Origin: Bdellovibrionales bacterium
GTDB lineage: Bacteria > Bdellovibrionota > Bdellovibrionia > Bdellovibrionales > Bdellovibrionaceae
Direction: 5' to 3'
Assembly (NCBI GenBank): GCA_031370005.1
Contig: JANMPT010000092.1
Span: 29,863 to 93,862 of the forward strand
Length of the DNA stretch: 64,000 nt
Positions 41,066 through 50,408 of this stretch are shown here, piece by piece; position 1 is the first letter of the stretch, and each line of letters begins with the position of its first letter. The notes under the pieces were generated by a model that saw only the letters and a program-made list of their open reading frames with translations, was not told where the DNA came from and did no database searches. The position numbers were made by a program, and so were the translations under genes.

Positions 41066-42305
41066 CTCCAATTTGACCACTTGCCTTTTCAAGTGCAGAA
41101 AGCTCTTGAGTGCTATCTCCAACGCTAAAATTGGCTTCTTCAAACAAGGTCCAGGCGCTGCCAACGGCTGTATCTGCAGCCAACTGTATTGTGGCTGATT
41201 GATCCATAAGGGATCTTAGATAGCGAAGCGCCAAATTATTATTTTGAACAAAAAGATCCGGCACTCTAAATGAAATATAGGCATAGTGTTGCCCTAGAAT
41301 CTCCATGCCAGAGCCCATAAGTTTTTTTAGATTTTCATCCCCTCGGGGATGCTGAGGCACGGCGGATTGGAATGCGGTCAACATTTGATCTTTATTGAGG
41401 CCATATGAGTTGTAAATATATTCTGCTCGAATATCTACGCGACTTTCCCAGCGCACACCAGTGACGAGCAAAGACCGCCAGGCTTGAGCATTTCTGACAT
41501 AGACCATGTCATAAAGGCCATCAGAAGAAATTTCGGGTTCGTATTGTGCGAAACCATTGGAGTGCCGCGCATCCAAATAGATACTAAATCCTTGAAGCAC
41601 TTCATAATTAAAATACTCGCCAATAAAAGGAACAAAATCATCAATTGTCCCCACATCAAATCCAAAATAATTAAGCGAGTTTTGCCCTCGGTACTCGAAC
41701 TTAATAAGGCTTTTAGGTTTAAAGGTCTGTTCGTATATCCAAAATGAGTTGCCATTATTAATAGGTTCAGCAATAGCAATTACACTCCAATCAGCTTTGG
41801 GGCTCCAATTCATTCTTAAAAAAAAACGTCCGTCTTCTTTAAAGTTATAAGCTCTTTGACCAGCTCGAAAACGAAAGAATGTATTGGTTGGGCTAATAAA
41901 TTCAGCCGGGCCCCACTGATAATTCTGTAAACCAATAGACAAGGCGATGGGCGGCAGAGGGTTGCCTTCAAGATAAGCCTCGGATAAAGAGGCCTTGCCT
42001 GTATTTGTAGTTTTAGTTTCATTGGTGTCTAGATAATGATACTGGTTCATGTCGCCGAGGAGTCGGGGTCTAAAAATAAAACGGGTGCCGCTTTGCCAAG
42101 TATACTTTGTATTGATTCGCAGATCAGTTTCGAGTCGAGCTCTAGCGCTATCAAGCCGCCGCCCTGTTGGGTCAATAATATTGTTCTTATTTTGATCCAC
42201 AGCCTGAGCTGAGTTGTACCACTCCGTATCCCAGCGAAAGCTCTGCGCAAGGGCCAAAGATCCCGTGCAGAATAATAGGATAAAAAAAAGGGGACCTTTA
42301 AACAT
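41049..42305 (-). CDS. Outer membrane beta-barrel protein linked to the ABC exporter
   Basis: Signal peptide, beta-strand pattern, GLQNYQWG and C-terminal KWNF. Confidence 0.7.
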   Translation of the reverse strand: MFKGPLFFILLFCTGSLALAQSFRWDTEWYNSAQAVDQNKNNIIDPTGRRLDSARARLETDLRINTKYTWQSGTRFIFRPRLLGDMNQYHYLDTNETKTTNTGKASLSEAYLEGNPLPPIALSIGLQNYQWGPAEFISPTNTFFRFRAGQRAYNFKEDGRFFLRMNWSPKADWSVIAIAEPINNGNSFWIYEQTFKPKSLIKFEYRGQNSLNYFGFDVGTIDDFVPFIGEYFNYEVLQGFSIYLDARHSNGFAQYEPEISSDGLYDMVYVRNAQAWRSLLVTGVRWESRVDIRAEYIYNSYGLNKDQMLTAFQSAVPQHPRGDENLKKLMGSGMEILGQHYAYISFRVPDLFVQNNNLALRYLRSLMDQSATIQLAADTAVGSAWTLFEEANFSVGDSTQELSALEKASGQIGVKWNF

Positions 42306-43614
42306 AGGTTAAATTTTCTGCGGCGCTACTTTTTAGAGTTGATCTGCAAACTAGCCAAGTCGTCACGGCAGCAAGAAGGCTTAAGGAAATAAAACTAAAA
42401 ACATAAAGTGGTGGGCTAATAATAATACGGAATGGTATCGGTTCAACTAAAACACCAGCTTTATAAGTGATACCGATACCATTTAGCGCCAAGGTGCAAA
42501 TGATAGCAATCAAGGTTCCGATCAAACTACCGATGACAGACAAAATGATGGCTTCACTTACAAAAATGACTAAAATCTGCTTAGGAAGGAAACCGATGCT
42601 GCGAAGAGTTCCAATCTCACGCGTTCTTTCTTTTACGAGCTTCAACATTGTGTTGAAAATAGAAAGCCCCGCAATGGCCACGATAATAGTCACCACAAAG
42701 TTTCTAAAAATAGAGAGAAGATTCATTGTTCGTATAAACATTTCACCAACAATGTGATTCTCCCAGCGAACCATTCGCTGCTCTAGGCCCGCCGCCTCAG
42801 CGGTTTGATTGAATTCGTTAACGATTTTATCGATGAAGGAGCCTTCATACAAAAACTTAATGGTGATGTAGCTCAGGTTCGGTGTATTCATCAAAGTCTG
42901 TGCATCAGCAATTGAGGTCACGACGAGCTTATCATCCACGTCTTTGTAAAGTGCGTCCAGAAGCCCTACGACCTCAAGATCGACGGCGTTAAGCTGCCCC
43001 TCAGGAGTTGTGATATTTAATTGAATGTTTTTTTGGGTGCAATGAAAAGGACGGACTTCAGGTTTATATCCGGCTCCTGCGCTGAGGACTTGCTCTTGTT
43101 TATCAGGAACGCAGCCTAGAATTTTTCCTAAAGACTGCCCGAGAAGGGCTGTGTGCGGTTCTCTTAAGGGGGTTCCATAAAGAGCATTCCAGGCCCAATT
43201 ATTCCCACGAGTTTTTTCGCCTTCAGCAAGGTCGTAGCCATAACCTGTAAAGATTGTCGTTGTCTTGCCGTTGGTGACGGCGCCTGTAATTTGTAAAAAC
43301 CGATTATAGGCATCGATCTCACGAGCGTGTAGGTCTGCAAACTTCCTGATAAACTCCTGCTCCGGAGGCGTGACGGAAAACCTCCAAGGTTCCGCGCGCC
43401 CTTCGGCATGGCGAAGGCCTTGATTCTCGACAATGACATCTCCCCACATCATACGCGAGCGGAAGGCTTCTTGATAAACTCTTTGCACGTCCTTCATATA
43501 GCCTTGAAACATCACAAGAGAAACCAGGCCGGCGGCAAGACTGATCGTGGCGACAAGACTTTGTCGCCAGTGTAGGAAAACATTTCTAAGGGCAATTATG
43601 AAAAGACTTCTCAT
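42298..43614 (-). CDS. ABC transporter permease (FtsX/LolC/MacB family)
   Basis: IALRNV, large periplasmic loop, ERTREIGTLRSIG and four TM helices. Confidence 0.9.
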   Translation of the reverse strand: MRSLFIIALRNVFLHWRQSLVATISLAAGLVSLVMFQGYMKDVQRVYQEAFRSRMMWGDVIVENQGLRHAEGRAEPWRFSVTPPEQEFIRKFADLHAREIDAYNRFLQITGAVTNGKTTTIFTGYGYDLAEGEKTRGNNWAWNALYGTPLREPHTALLGQSLGKILGCVPDKQEQVLSAGAGYKPEVRPFHCTQKNIQLNITTPEGQLNAVDLEVVGLLDALYKDVDDKLVVTSIADAQTLMNTPNLSYITIKFLYEGSFIDKIVNEFNQTAEAAGLEQRMVRWENHIVGEMFIRTMNLLSIFRNFVVTIIVAIAGLSIFNTMLKLVKERTREIGTLRSIGFLPKQILVIFVSEAIILSVIGSLIGTLIAIICTLALNGIGITYKAGVLVEPIPFRIIISPPLYVFSFISLSLLAAVTTWLVCRSTLKSSAAENLTYV

Positions 43615-44348
43615 CGGCTCAGGTTGTTCACATTAAACAAAGAGGCAGCTAAGGTCTCTGCTTTTGGTTTTGTATATATAATAATGCTTTTATTATTTTG
43701 AAATTTTGAGTCCTGAATAATCATTTTGCTGATAAACGGAAAGGTCTTGCCCTCAGCGCTCATGGTGTTTTTGTATTCAAAGGTGGCAACTTTAAAAATG
43801 GCTCCTTGCAAAGTCATAAACTCGGCCTTTAAAGCAAGCTTGTCTTTTTTTGAGATCCAATACTTAATTTTATCATAGGTTACATTGTTCGACTTAGCTT
43901 TCAAAAGCAAGACCTTGGTATCTTGGCCATTTACCGTTTCTTCGCCGGCATCACTTGCGTTATAGTCACGAGCATAATTTGTCGACGCAATATCTCCATT
44001 GGCCGCCTGACCAGAAAGTTTTTGGCGAGCCGATATGGAAACTGGTTTTCTAAGGCTTGGTTTGAAGAACCACATGTTGCGATCATTGAACAAGAAGACT
44101 TCTCCCTTATTGCGTGCAGGTGTTAAAGCTTCAACATAGGCATCATTGCCTTTGGCTTTAACTTCAAAAGTCCGCGCGCTGTTTTCGCCACCGTCTTGAG
44201 TTATTATTTTGGCATTCCAAACCACACCCCCCATGATGCCGCCACGGGCACGATCACTATCTTTTAAAAGCTCTGTTGCCGTATTTGCCGCCAAAGCTTG
44301 TAAAGAGAAACTAGTCACAAGAGTAAAATACATAAATATTTTTTTCAT
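43611..44348 (-). CDS. Outer membrane lipoprotein-sorting (LolA-like) periplasmic protein
   Basis: Signal peptide, NMWFFKP, QKLSGQAANGDIA and YDKIKYWI. Confidence 0.85.
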   Translation of the reverse strand: MKKIFMYFTLVTSFSLQALAANTATELLKDSDRARGGIMGGVVWNAKIITQDGGENSARTFEVKAKGNDAYVEALTPARNKGEVFLFNDRNMWFFKPSLRKPVSISARQKLSGQAANGDIASTNYARDYNASDAGEETVNGQDTKVLLLKAKSNNVTYDKIKYWISKKDKLALKAEFMTLQGAIFKVATFEYKNTMSAEGKTFPFISKMIIQDSKFQNNKSIIIYTKPKAETLAASLFNVNNLSR

Positions 44349-44358
44349 AAAAATCTCG

Positions 44359-45660
44359 CTAGTTAGACTGTTGTAAAAGTTGAATGATGGGTTTGTTTAC
44401 CAACTTGTTTGCCACGACATACGCACTGATCAAGCAAATTATCAAAATGGGAACTGCTAGTAGAAAACTAAACCATGTTTCCGGAGTAACTATAAATTGC
44501 ATGTCTCCAGGCACTCCCGGGGGTTCAAAGCGGATATTCAACGCATTGATAACTACGCCCATGATTTCAGCAAGGATATAGCCGACAAAAAGGCTGATTC
44601 CTGTCAGATAGAGGCTCTCAATTGTAAAAAGTTTTGCTGTCTGTGAGTTTGTAAAGCCAATGGCGCGAAGGGTGCCAATTTCGCGAACGCGCTCAAGAAT
44701 TCCAATGGTCATGGAGTTAACAATGGATAAGGCCACAGCTCCAAAAATCAAAAAAATAAAAAATCCAGCCATAATATATAAAAACCCCAGTGTCCCGGCA
44801 TAGAAGAGCCCGATTCTGTCATCATTAAAAGGATAAGCCTGATAATCGAGACCGGCGGCATCGATCTTTCCTTGGATTCTCTTAAGTGCTGCCTGGATGT
44901 TGGCTTTTGGGTTTAGATAGATAGCGAGATATGTTGCGCCATCGGTTCCATAAAGGCTTTGCAGAACACCAAGAGGCGCAACCATGCTGGTATCTTCAGA
45001 CAGCATCATTCCAGTTGAATGTTTAAACCCAAGATTTGCATTCACCGCATTTAAATCCCCATCAAAAGTTCTCGCAGCCAGCTGAACATCTTTCTCCGTG
45101 GTCGTAAGATTCTGAAATGGGGGTTTGCGACCAATCAGTGAGCCCAACTCTTTCGTGATAGAGATTGTCTCTGACAAATCGCCTACGGCATCCTTGATGG
45201 AGGCCTCTGCAGGTGGCGGAGCAAGATCATGAGTCCAGGTTCTTACCTGTTCATGATCTTGGATTCTTTTTTCAATGGCGGGGGTGATTCCATAAGCTAA
45301 AAATGGCACCGATCTATTTCCGTTGCTAAGAAGTCCCATTCCTTGAAGAATGGGGGCGGTAAACTCGACTTGTGGATCAGCCGTCACAATTTCTTCAATT
45401 TTTTTTAAGTCATCAGCCGCCAGATGATACTTGCGGGGGTTATTATAAAAGCCATCGAGTCCACCTTTTTTATAAATAGCTAAATGACCGGTGTGATTAT
45501 TATATACTGTACTTACTCTTTGATATTTTTCAACGCGGAGGATGTAACCACCTAATAAACACAAGCCCGTGAATCCCGCAAGAATTGCAATGCCTGTTGA
45601 GAAGCTGCGCCGCTTGTTTTTCCAGAGATTACGGAGAGCCATTTTGCTAAAAAGATTCAT
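44359..45660 (-). CDS. ABC transporter permease (FtsX/LolC/MacB family)
   Basis: MALRNLWKNKRRS and ERVREIGTLRAIG. Confidence 0.9.
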   Translation of the reverse strand: MNLFSKMALRNLWKNKRRSFSTGIAILAGFTGLCLLGGYILRVEKYQRVSTVYNNHTGHLAIYKKGGLDGFYNNPRKYHLAADDLKKIEEIVTADPQVEFTAPILQGMGLLSNGNRSVPFLAYGITPAIEKRIQDHEQVRTWTHDLAPPPAEASIKDAVGDLSETISITKELGSLIGRKPPFQNLTTTEKDVQLAARTFDGDLNAVNANLGFKHSTGMMLSEDTSMVAPLGVLQSLYGTDGATYLAIYLNPKANIQAALKRIQGKIDAAGLDYQAYPFNDDRIGLFYAGTLGFLYIMAGFFIFLIFGAVALSIVNSMTIGILERVREIGTLRAIGFTNSQTAKLFTIESLYLTGISLFVGYILAEIMGVVINALNIRFEPPGVPGDMQFIVTPETWFSFLLAVPILIICLISAYVVANKLVNKPIIQLLQQSN

Positions 45661-46340
45661 TCAGTAATCACTCCGTCTTGAATGTGAATGATGCGCCCGA
45701 CACGATCAATAAGCTTTTCATCATGGGAGCAGAATAAAAACGTGATGGATTTTTTTTGGTTAAGATCAAGAAGCAAATCAATGATCTTATGGCTTGTCTT
45801 TGAGTCTAGATTAGCGGTCGGCTCGTCGGCAAGAACCAGTGTCGGGTGCGTTACTAGCGCACGAGCAATCGCGACTCTTTGGCGTTGACCGCCCGAGAGC
45901 TTATCAGGTGGGTAGTGAGCAAACTGCTCAAGCTCAACATCTTTCAACGCTGAGAGCACACGGTTCCTTCTTTCCTCTGCGCTGACCTCCGTTTGAATTA
46001 CCAATGGAAGCTCGACGTTCTCATAAACATTTAGTACGGGGATCAAGTTGAAAGATTGAAAGATGAAGCCGATTTTATGATTACGAAGAGAGCTTTTCTC
46101 GACCTCACTAAGGTGCGTAATATCTTTGCCTTCGAAAAGGATTTGTCCCGCGTCAGGAGAATCAATACATCCAACGAGGTTTAGCAAAGTGCTTTTACCT
46201 GAGCCAGATTTTCCGATCAAGGCGGTGAATTCTCCTTTTTTAATGCTGAGATCAAGCCCTTGAAGCGCTTGAACTGTTGTTTCACCGAGATGATAGGTCT
46301 TTACGACATTTTTTAAAGATAGAATTTCATTTGTTTGCAT
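45657..46340 (-). CDS. ABC transporter ATP-binding protein (LolD/MacB-like)
   Basis: GKSGSGKST, FIFQSFNL, LSGGQRQR and LADEPTANLD. Confidence 0.95.
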   Translation of the reverse strand: MQTNEILSLKNVVKTYHLGETTVQALQGLDLSIKKGEFTALIGKSGSGKSTLLNLVGCIDSPDAGQILFEGKDITHLSEVEKSSLRNHKIGFIFQSFNLIPVLNVYENVELPLVIQTEVSAEERRNRVLSALKDVELEQFAHYPPDKLSGGQRQRVAIARALVTHPTLVLADEPTANLDSKTSHKIIDLLLDLNQKKSITFLFCSHDEKLIDRVGRIIHIQDGVITE

Positions 46341-46479
46341 GAGAAACCTTAGGTTAGTCTTATACTCAAAGTGTTCTGGAGATCAATCATCCTGTCAACG
46401 AGGATAAAAGAATCGCCACAGAGGTCCTGAGGCACCTAAAGTTTCATGCACTTTATTTTATTATTTTAGCAATTTGATC

Positions 46480-46692
46480 TCAAGAAAAACGACATTTAAG
46501 TCGTGGCATTAGTGAAGGATTTCTAGTAATACGAAATGACTTGCACTGTGTGTTCATTTGAAGACCAAGCGTCTCGGCCTTCATGAAAACGATATTACCC
46601 TTGGTGTCGACGAGTTGGTTTTGGCCCTGAGCAAAGAAAGCAGAAGCCATAAGTAAAGAGCAAATAAATAATGTTACGTAGTATTTAAGCAT
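46480..46692 (-). CDS. Small secreted hypothetical protein
   Basis: GAGGAG RBS, signal peptide and a Cys pair in the mature part. Confidence 0.6.
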   Translation of the reverse strand: MLKYYVTLFICSLLMASAFFAQGQNQLVDTKGNIVFMKAETLGLQMNTQCKSFRITRNPSLMPRLKCRFS

Positions 46693-46790
46693 TTGTTTCT
46701 CCTCAAGTTACATACCGTGTCTCTAGTGTATCGGTTTTCATACCGAGACTAAAGTCTCATCTGAAAATTTCTTATACGAAAAACAGAACA

Positions 46791-46866
46791 TTCAGGCCTA
46801 ATCACCAGATTCGATTTAAAAACGAAATTCTAAGAATGAGATTTCTCGATTTGGGAAGGTCTTATT
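46791..46866. repeat. 76-bp direct repeat, copy 1
   Basis: ttcaggcc(t)aatcaccagattcg...gggaaggtcttatt; 75/76 identical to 49669-49744. Confidence 0.95.
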
Positions 46867-46944
46867 GTCAGACTTGAGTCTGGGTTCTTGTGTGTGATTC
46901 ACAAACACGAACTACGAATAAAATTTCTTCTTGGTAGAAGTTGA

Positions 46945-47591
46945 TCACTTCTTCGCTTTTGCGCTCTTTGATTTCTTCTTTTTTGGTTCCACGCACCTGA
47001 TTGACTCATATATTGTTTTCTCCGGTTCTGGTAATGCCAGCTCTCCTGCTTTGAATTTCTCATAGTAGGATTGGCCGGGTTCCTTTATGGTAAGACCACC
47101 AATGATGATTTTTTGGGTTGGATAATAAAGCTCTGTATGCCACCTAATTTCATTGTATGTAGGCTGTGGCATATTTTCCACATATGTGATTGCCTCATTA
47201 CTGCCGAGCTTATATCTTTTAACAATTAGGTGTTCTTTTCGCGTAACCAATAATTTTGACCATTTTTCAGTTCTATCAATGTCCTTGGGCATTTCATCCT
47301 GTGATTCCAAATTTTCCATTCTCCCATAAAACCAACAGAATTGGGCGCGCTTTGGGATCGACGACTCGTCGCACATTTTTGACCTTCTACTACGGCAATA
47401 TTTTTTATTTTTTCAAAGTTGCCGATCTCATCTGGATCATTAATTTTTAACTCCCAACAATCAGGGAATTTAAATTCATAACCGTAGTCGCTACGGAAAG
47501 TCTTCCATGACTTATTCGCCGAAGGCTTTTCCTCTGCACTAGCCCAATGGAATATCACTACAGTCATTAAAAAAAATAGAATGACCCTCAT
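46945..47591 (-). pseudogene. Frameshifted secreted protein (PsbP-like YGYEFKFP motif), paralogue-like to 47619-48209
   Basis: ORF 47226..47591 (signal peptide) and ORF 46945..47376 overlap in different frames; one extra base near 47310-47335 would fuse them. Confidence 0.65.
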
Positions 47592-47618
47592 TACTGCCCG
47601 CGCGCGTGCCCGATTTTT

Positions 47619-48209
47619 CTATTCACAACTAAAACCAGCGATGAGTTCTTTAAAAACCGCAGGCATCTCTGGTTTTTTACGAGCTTTTTCACGCGCCGAC
47701 TTGTTAATGTGATCCAGATAAACAAGAACAATATTTGATTTTTTACAAATAACTTTTAAAGTCCACTCATAATTATTTTGATCTTGTATGTCAATGAGCG
47801 CATTGGTCTCCGCCTTAACTCCAGAAAATAACAGCGCATTATATTTGCTAACTTTCCTAGCCTCATGAAAGGTATTTATATATGTTTTCCCTCTGTCTTT
47901 CATATAATCTTCGTTAGAATAATTCATGTTTCCCATTCGATCGGGCCCCATAGCCCATGTTCCTTGCTCTGAGATTGGGCAGGCTGATGTGGTGTGCATC
48001 GTTATATCATCACTTATTTTCAAGTCGTCATCGTCTCCGACAATACTCCAACAGTTACGGTATCTAAATGAATAGCCATACTTACTCTTAATTTGAGTAC
48101 TGCCGGTGATCTTTTTTGGAGAATCTGTTTGAGCAGCGACCTTCCCCGTTGTTATTTGGGGCAAGGCCACTGCGAATAAAAATAATAATACTTTCAGTGT
48201 TATTTTCAT
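47619..48209 (-). CDS. Secreted hypothetical protein (YGYSFRY, PsbP-like)
   Basis: Signal peptide; start overlaps the upstream stop (TGATG); SxYGYxFxxxxCW motif shared with the downstream gene. Confidence 0.65.
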   Translation of the reverse strand: MKITLKVLLFLFAVALPQITTGKVAAQTDSPKKITGSTQIKSKYGYSFRYRNCWSIVGDDDDLKISDDITMHTTSACPISEQGTWAMGPDRMGNMNYSNEDYMKDRGKTYINTFHEARKVSKYNALLFSGVKAETNALIDIQDQNNYEWTLKVICKKSNIVLVYLDHINKSAREKARKKPEMPAVFKELIAGFSCE

Positions 48210-49555
48210 CAGCGATCGTCCTTTTTAAGATTCCCGTAGTCATGATCATTGTCTTTGCTGTCCTTATCAATGACTTTGAACTTGACCAGTAATGTTCCAT
48301 ATATTCCGTCTAATTGAAGATCCACCTGCTGCTCCGAGCTCACTTTGATGATATCAAATCCTGGGTTTCGAATAGTGATTCCAAATTTTCCATTCTCCTC
48401 TAACTCAAAAGATAAATCTTGCTGATGGTAGCTGTATTCAAATCCCTTTTGTTCTTTATGCTTATGCAGTTCTTTAATATCAATGCGTTTTGAAAAATTA
48501 CCTACACTGAGCGTGATCGCTTCGGAAATATCCAAGCCCGAACGCCCTGCAGGCAAAATGAGTTTTCCCTCAAGAGTTATTCGATCCCAATGTTCTTTTT
48601 TTCCTTCAAAGAATAGAGCTTTGCTCACATCAATCTGCGCAGGGATCAAAGCTTGGTCTGTGTGTTGGTAAATAATTTGCACGTGATCACCAGCTTTCAT
48701 CGTCTGGCTTACAGGAAACATTTGATTTAAATATCCGTTGACGTCATAACCCTCAACTCTCAGCTCAGCAGTCCCTGCAGAGGTTTTGTAGATATCGATT
48801 TTGTATTGACCAGCAATAGCACTTTGATCATTTATCATAATTGTACTCGGTAACTCATCCGTAGCCGCATCGTTTGGGTCTTCATTTGGAGAGAACTCTT
48901 TAGAGTAGCTAGCGCCGAGTATATTTGGGCCATATTGAAGAGTCACAAGGACAGATCTTCCATCGTTTGCCTGGATATTGGCACCACTCACGGGCACAAC
49001 AACATCTATATGCGTACCAGGGCTTACTGATAATTTCGAATCAGCTTCTAAATTTGCACTAGGGATTGATATTTGCCCAACCGATAGATCAGGAATTGGC
49101 ATAGGAGTTGGTGCCGGAGTTGGCTTTGGTTTTGGTCCTCCAGGGCATTGCGCTGGAGTTGAGCTAGCCTGTACAGTAACTAGTACTTGATAAACCGTTG
49201 GTGCGATAACTTCTATTGGGGTGCCACCACCAAGAGTCGTTAAATCGAAGGTGATTGAAGCAGTATAGGTGCCAGGTTGATCAAAACACCACTTAACATC
49301 ATAGCTACAATAATTACTTCCGGTCTGGCATGAAAAAAGATTCACCGAAAAACCTGGAGGAGCATTCACAATAGTAGGGCCCACTAACAAAGTACAACCA
49401 TAGCAAAGTGGAGCCGCATAATTACTGAAGGAGCCTGGAACCCCGGCAGGGGTACTTAGAGAATAAACTTGCGGTGGATTTTGTCTTACGACTTGAGAGA
49501 AGGCCTGCAGGCTTATAGAAAGAACCATAAGAATGAACAAAAGTGATGTTTTCAA
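48209..49555 (-). CDS. Secreted multidomain protein (Ig-like domains, Pro-rich linker)
   Basis: GGAG RBS, signal peptide, Cys-containing beta-rich N-domain, PKPKPTPAPTPMP linker and PDLSV CARDB-like start. Confidence 0.65.
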   Translation of the reverse strand: MKTSLLFILMVLSISLQAFSQVVRQNPPQVYSLSTPAGVPGSFSNYAAPLCYGCTLLVGPTIVNAPPGFSVNLFSCQTGSNYCSYDVKWCFDQPGTYTASITFDLTTLGGGTPIEVIAPTVYQVLVTVQASSTPAQCPGGPKPKPTPAPTPMPIPDLSVGQISIPSANLEADSKLSVSPGTHIDVVVPVSGANIQANDGRSVLVTLQYGPNILGASYSKEFSPNEDPNDAATDELPSTIMINDQSAIAGQYKIDIYKTSAGTAELRVEGYDVNGYLNQMFPVSQTMKAGDHVQIIYQHTDQALIPAQIDVSKALFFEGKKEHWDRITLEGKLILPAGRSGLDISEAITLSVGNFSKRIDIKELHKHKEQKGFEYSYHQQDLSFELEENGKFGITIRNPGFDIIKVSSEQQVDLQLDGIYGTLLVKFKVIDKDSKDNDHDYGNLKKDDR

Positions 49556-49594
49556 ACTTATACTCCAGCGTAAGTGGATTTACGATCCTAATTC

Positions 49595-49621
49595 TTATCG
49601 ACAAAAGTCCAGAAGGCTTTA
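49595..49621 (-). promoter_or_regulatory. Sigma28 (FliA)-type promoter of the cassette
   Basis: Minus strand TAAA-N15-GTCGATAA. Confidence 0.7.
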
Positions 49622-49668
49622 GTAAATAAAGTTAAATTTAACAAAAATTTTAAGGCGCTGTTTTTATT

Positions 49669-49744
49669 TTCAGGCCAAATCACCAGATTCGATTTAAAAA
49701 CGAAATTCTAAGAATGAGATTTCTCGATTTGGGAAGGTCTTATT
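49669..49744. repeat. 76-bp direct repeat, copy 2
   Basis: Matches 46791-46866 with one mismatch; lies 20 nt beyond the rsmG stop. Confidence 0.95.
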
Positions 49745-49764
49745 TCCTCTGCGCTGTAGTGGGC

Positions 49765-50376
49765 CTAAATCAGTACTAAATGGCGCTCGACTTCGAGAAT
49801 CGGCGAGACCAAAGGCTCGATTGCCACCTTGAGGTTTTTAAATTTCTTACGAGCGAGAGTTACCTCTTCGTCGATTTTTTCACGACGAGCCTTTAGGAGA
49901 AAATACTTTCCACCTCGGTCATAGTATCTGCGACTGACGTCGAGAATCACATCAATGGGCTTAAAGGCGCGAGCCGTGACGATCTCAATATTTTTTAATT
50001 CTAAAGGGATATCTCCGTGAATTTGTAAATTTGGAGCAAACGCCACACAGCGAGTTAGAAACTCTTGCTTCATTTTGCTTTTTTCAAATAAATGGAGCGC
50101 AACACCTGAAAAGTGGATCGCATAGATGACCCCCGGAAGCCCTCCGCCGGAGCCGAAGTCGGCAACGGTTTTTACTCCTGCTGGAAACCTCTTAAGGGGT
50201 AAAAGGCAGTCGATGAGATGGTTGTCGATTAGCTCTTCATAAGTCATCTTGCGGCTGATGAGGTTAAGCTCCTCATTGGTAGCCCATAGGAGATCAATAT
50301 ATGATTTTAATTGCGGCAAGGCTTCTTTGCGAAAGCCCAGCTCGAGGATGAGTGGAATTCTTTTTTCGAAATACAT
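49765..50376 (-). CDS. rsmG: 16S rRNA (guanine(527)-N7)-methyltransferase
   Basis: NEELNLIS, HLIDCL, DFGSGGGLPG and VTARAF. Confidence 0.92.
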   Translation of the reverse strand: MYFEKRIPLILELGFRKEALPQLKSYIDLLWATNEELNLISRKMTYEELIDNHLIDCLLPLKRFPAGVKTVADFGSGGGLPGVIYAIHFSGVALHLFEKSKMKQEFLTRCVAFAPNLQIHGDIPLELKNIEIVTARAFKPIDVILDVSRRYYDRGGKYFLLKARREKIDEEVTLARKKFKNLKVAIEPLVSPILEVERHLVLI

Positions 50377-50408
50377 AGACTGTAGTTATATTAAATTCTT
50401 GGAAATTT

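Noticed and set aside
46791..49744. Integron attC sites, CRISPR repeats or IS ends for the 76-bp repeat
   Set aside because: There are only two direct copies 2.9 kb apart, no RYYYAAC/GTTRRRY ends, no terminal inverted repeats, and no integrase, transposase or cas gene.
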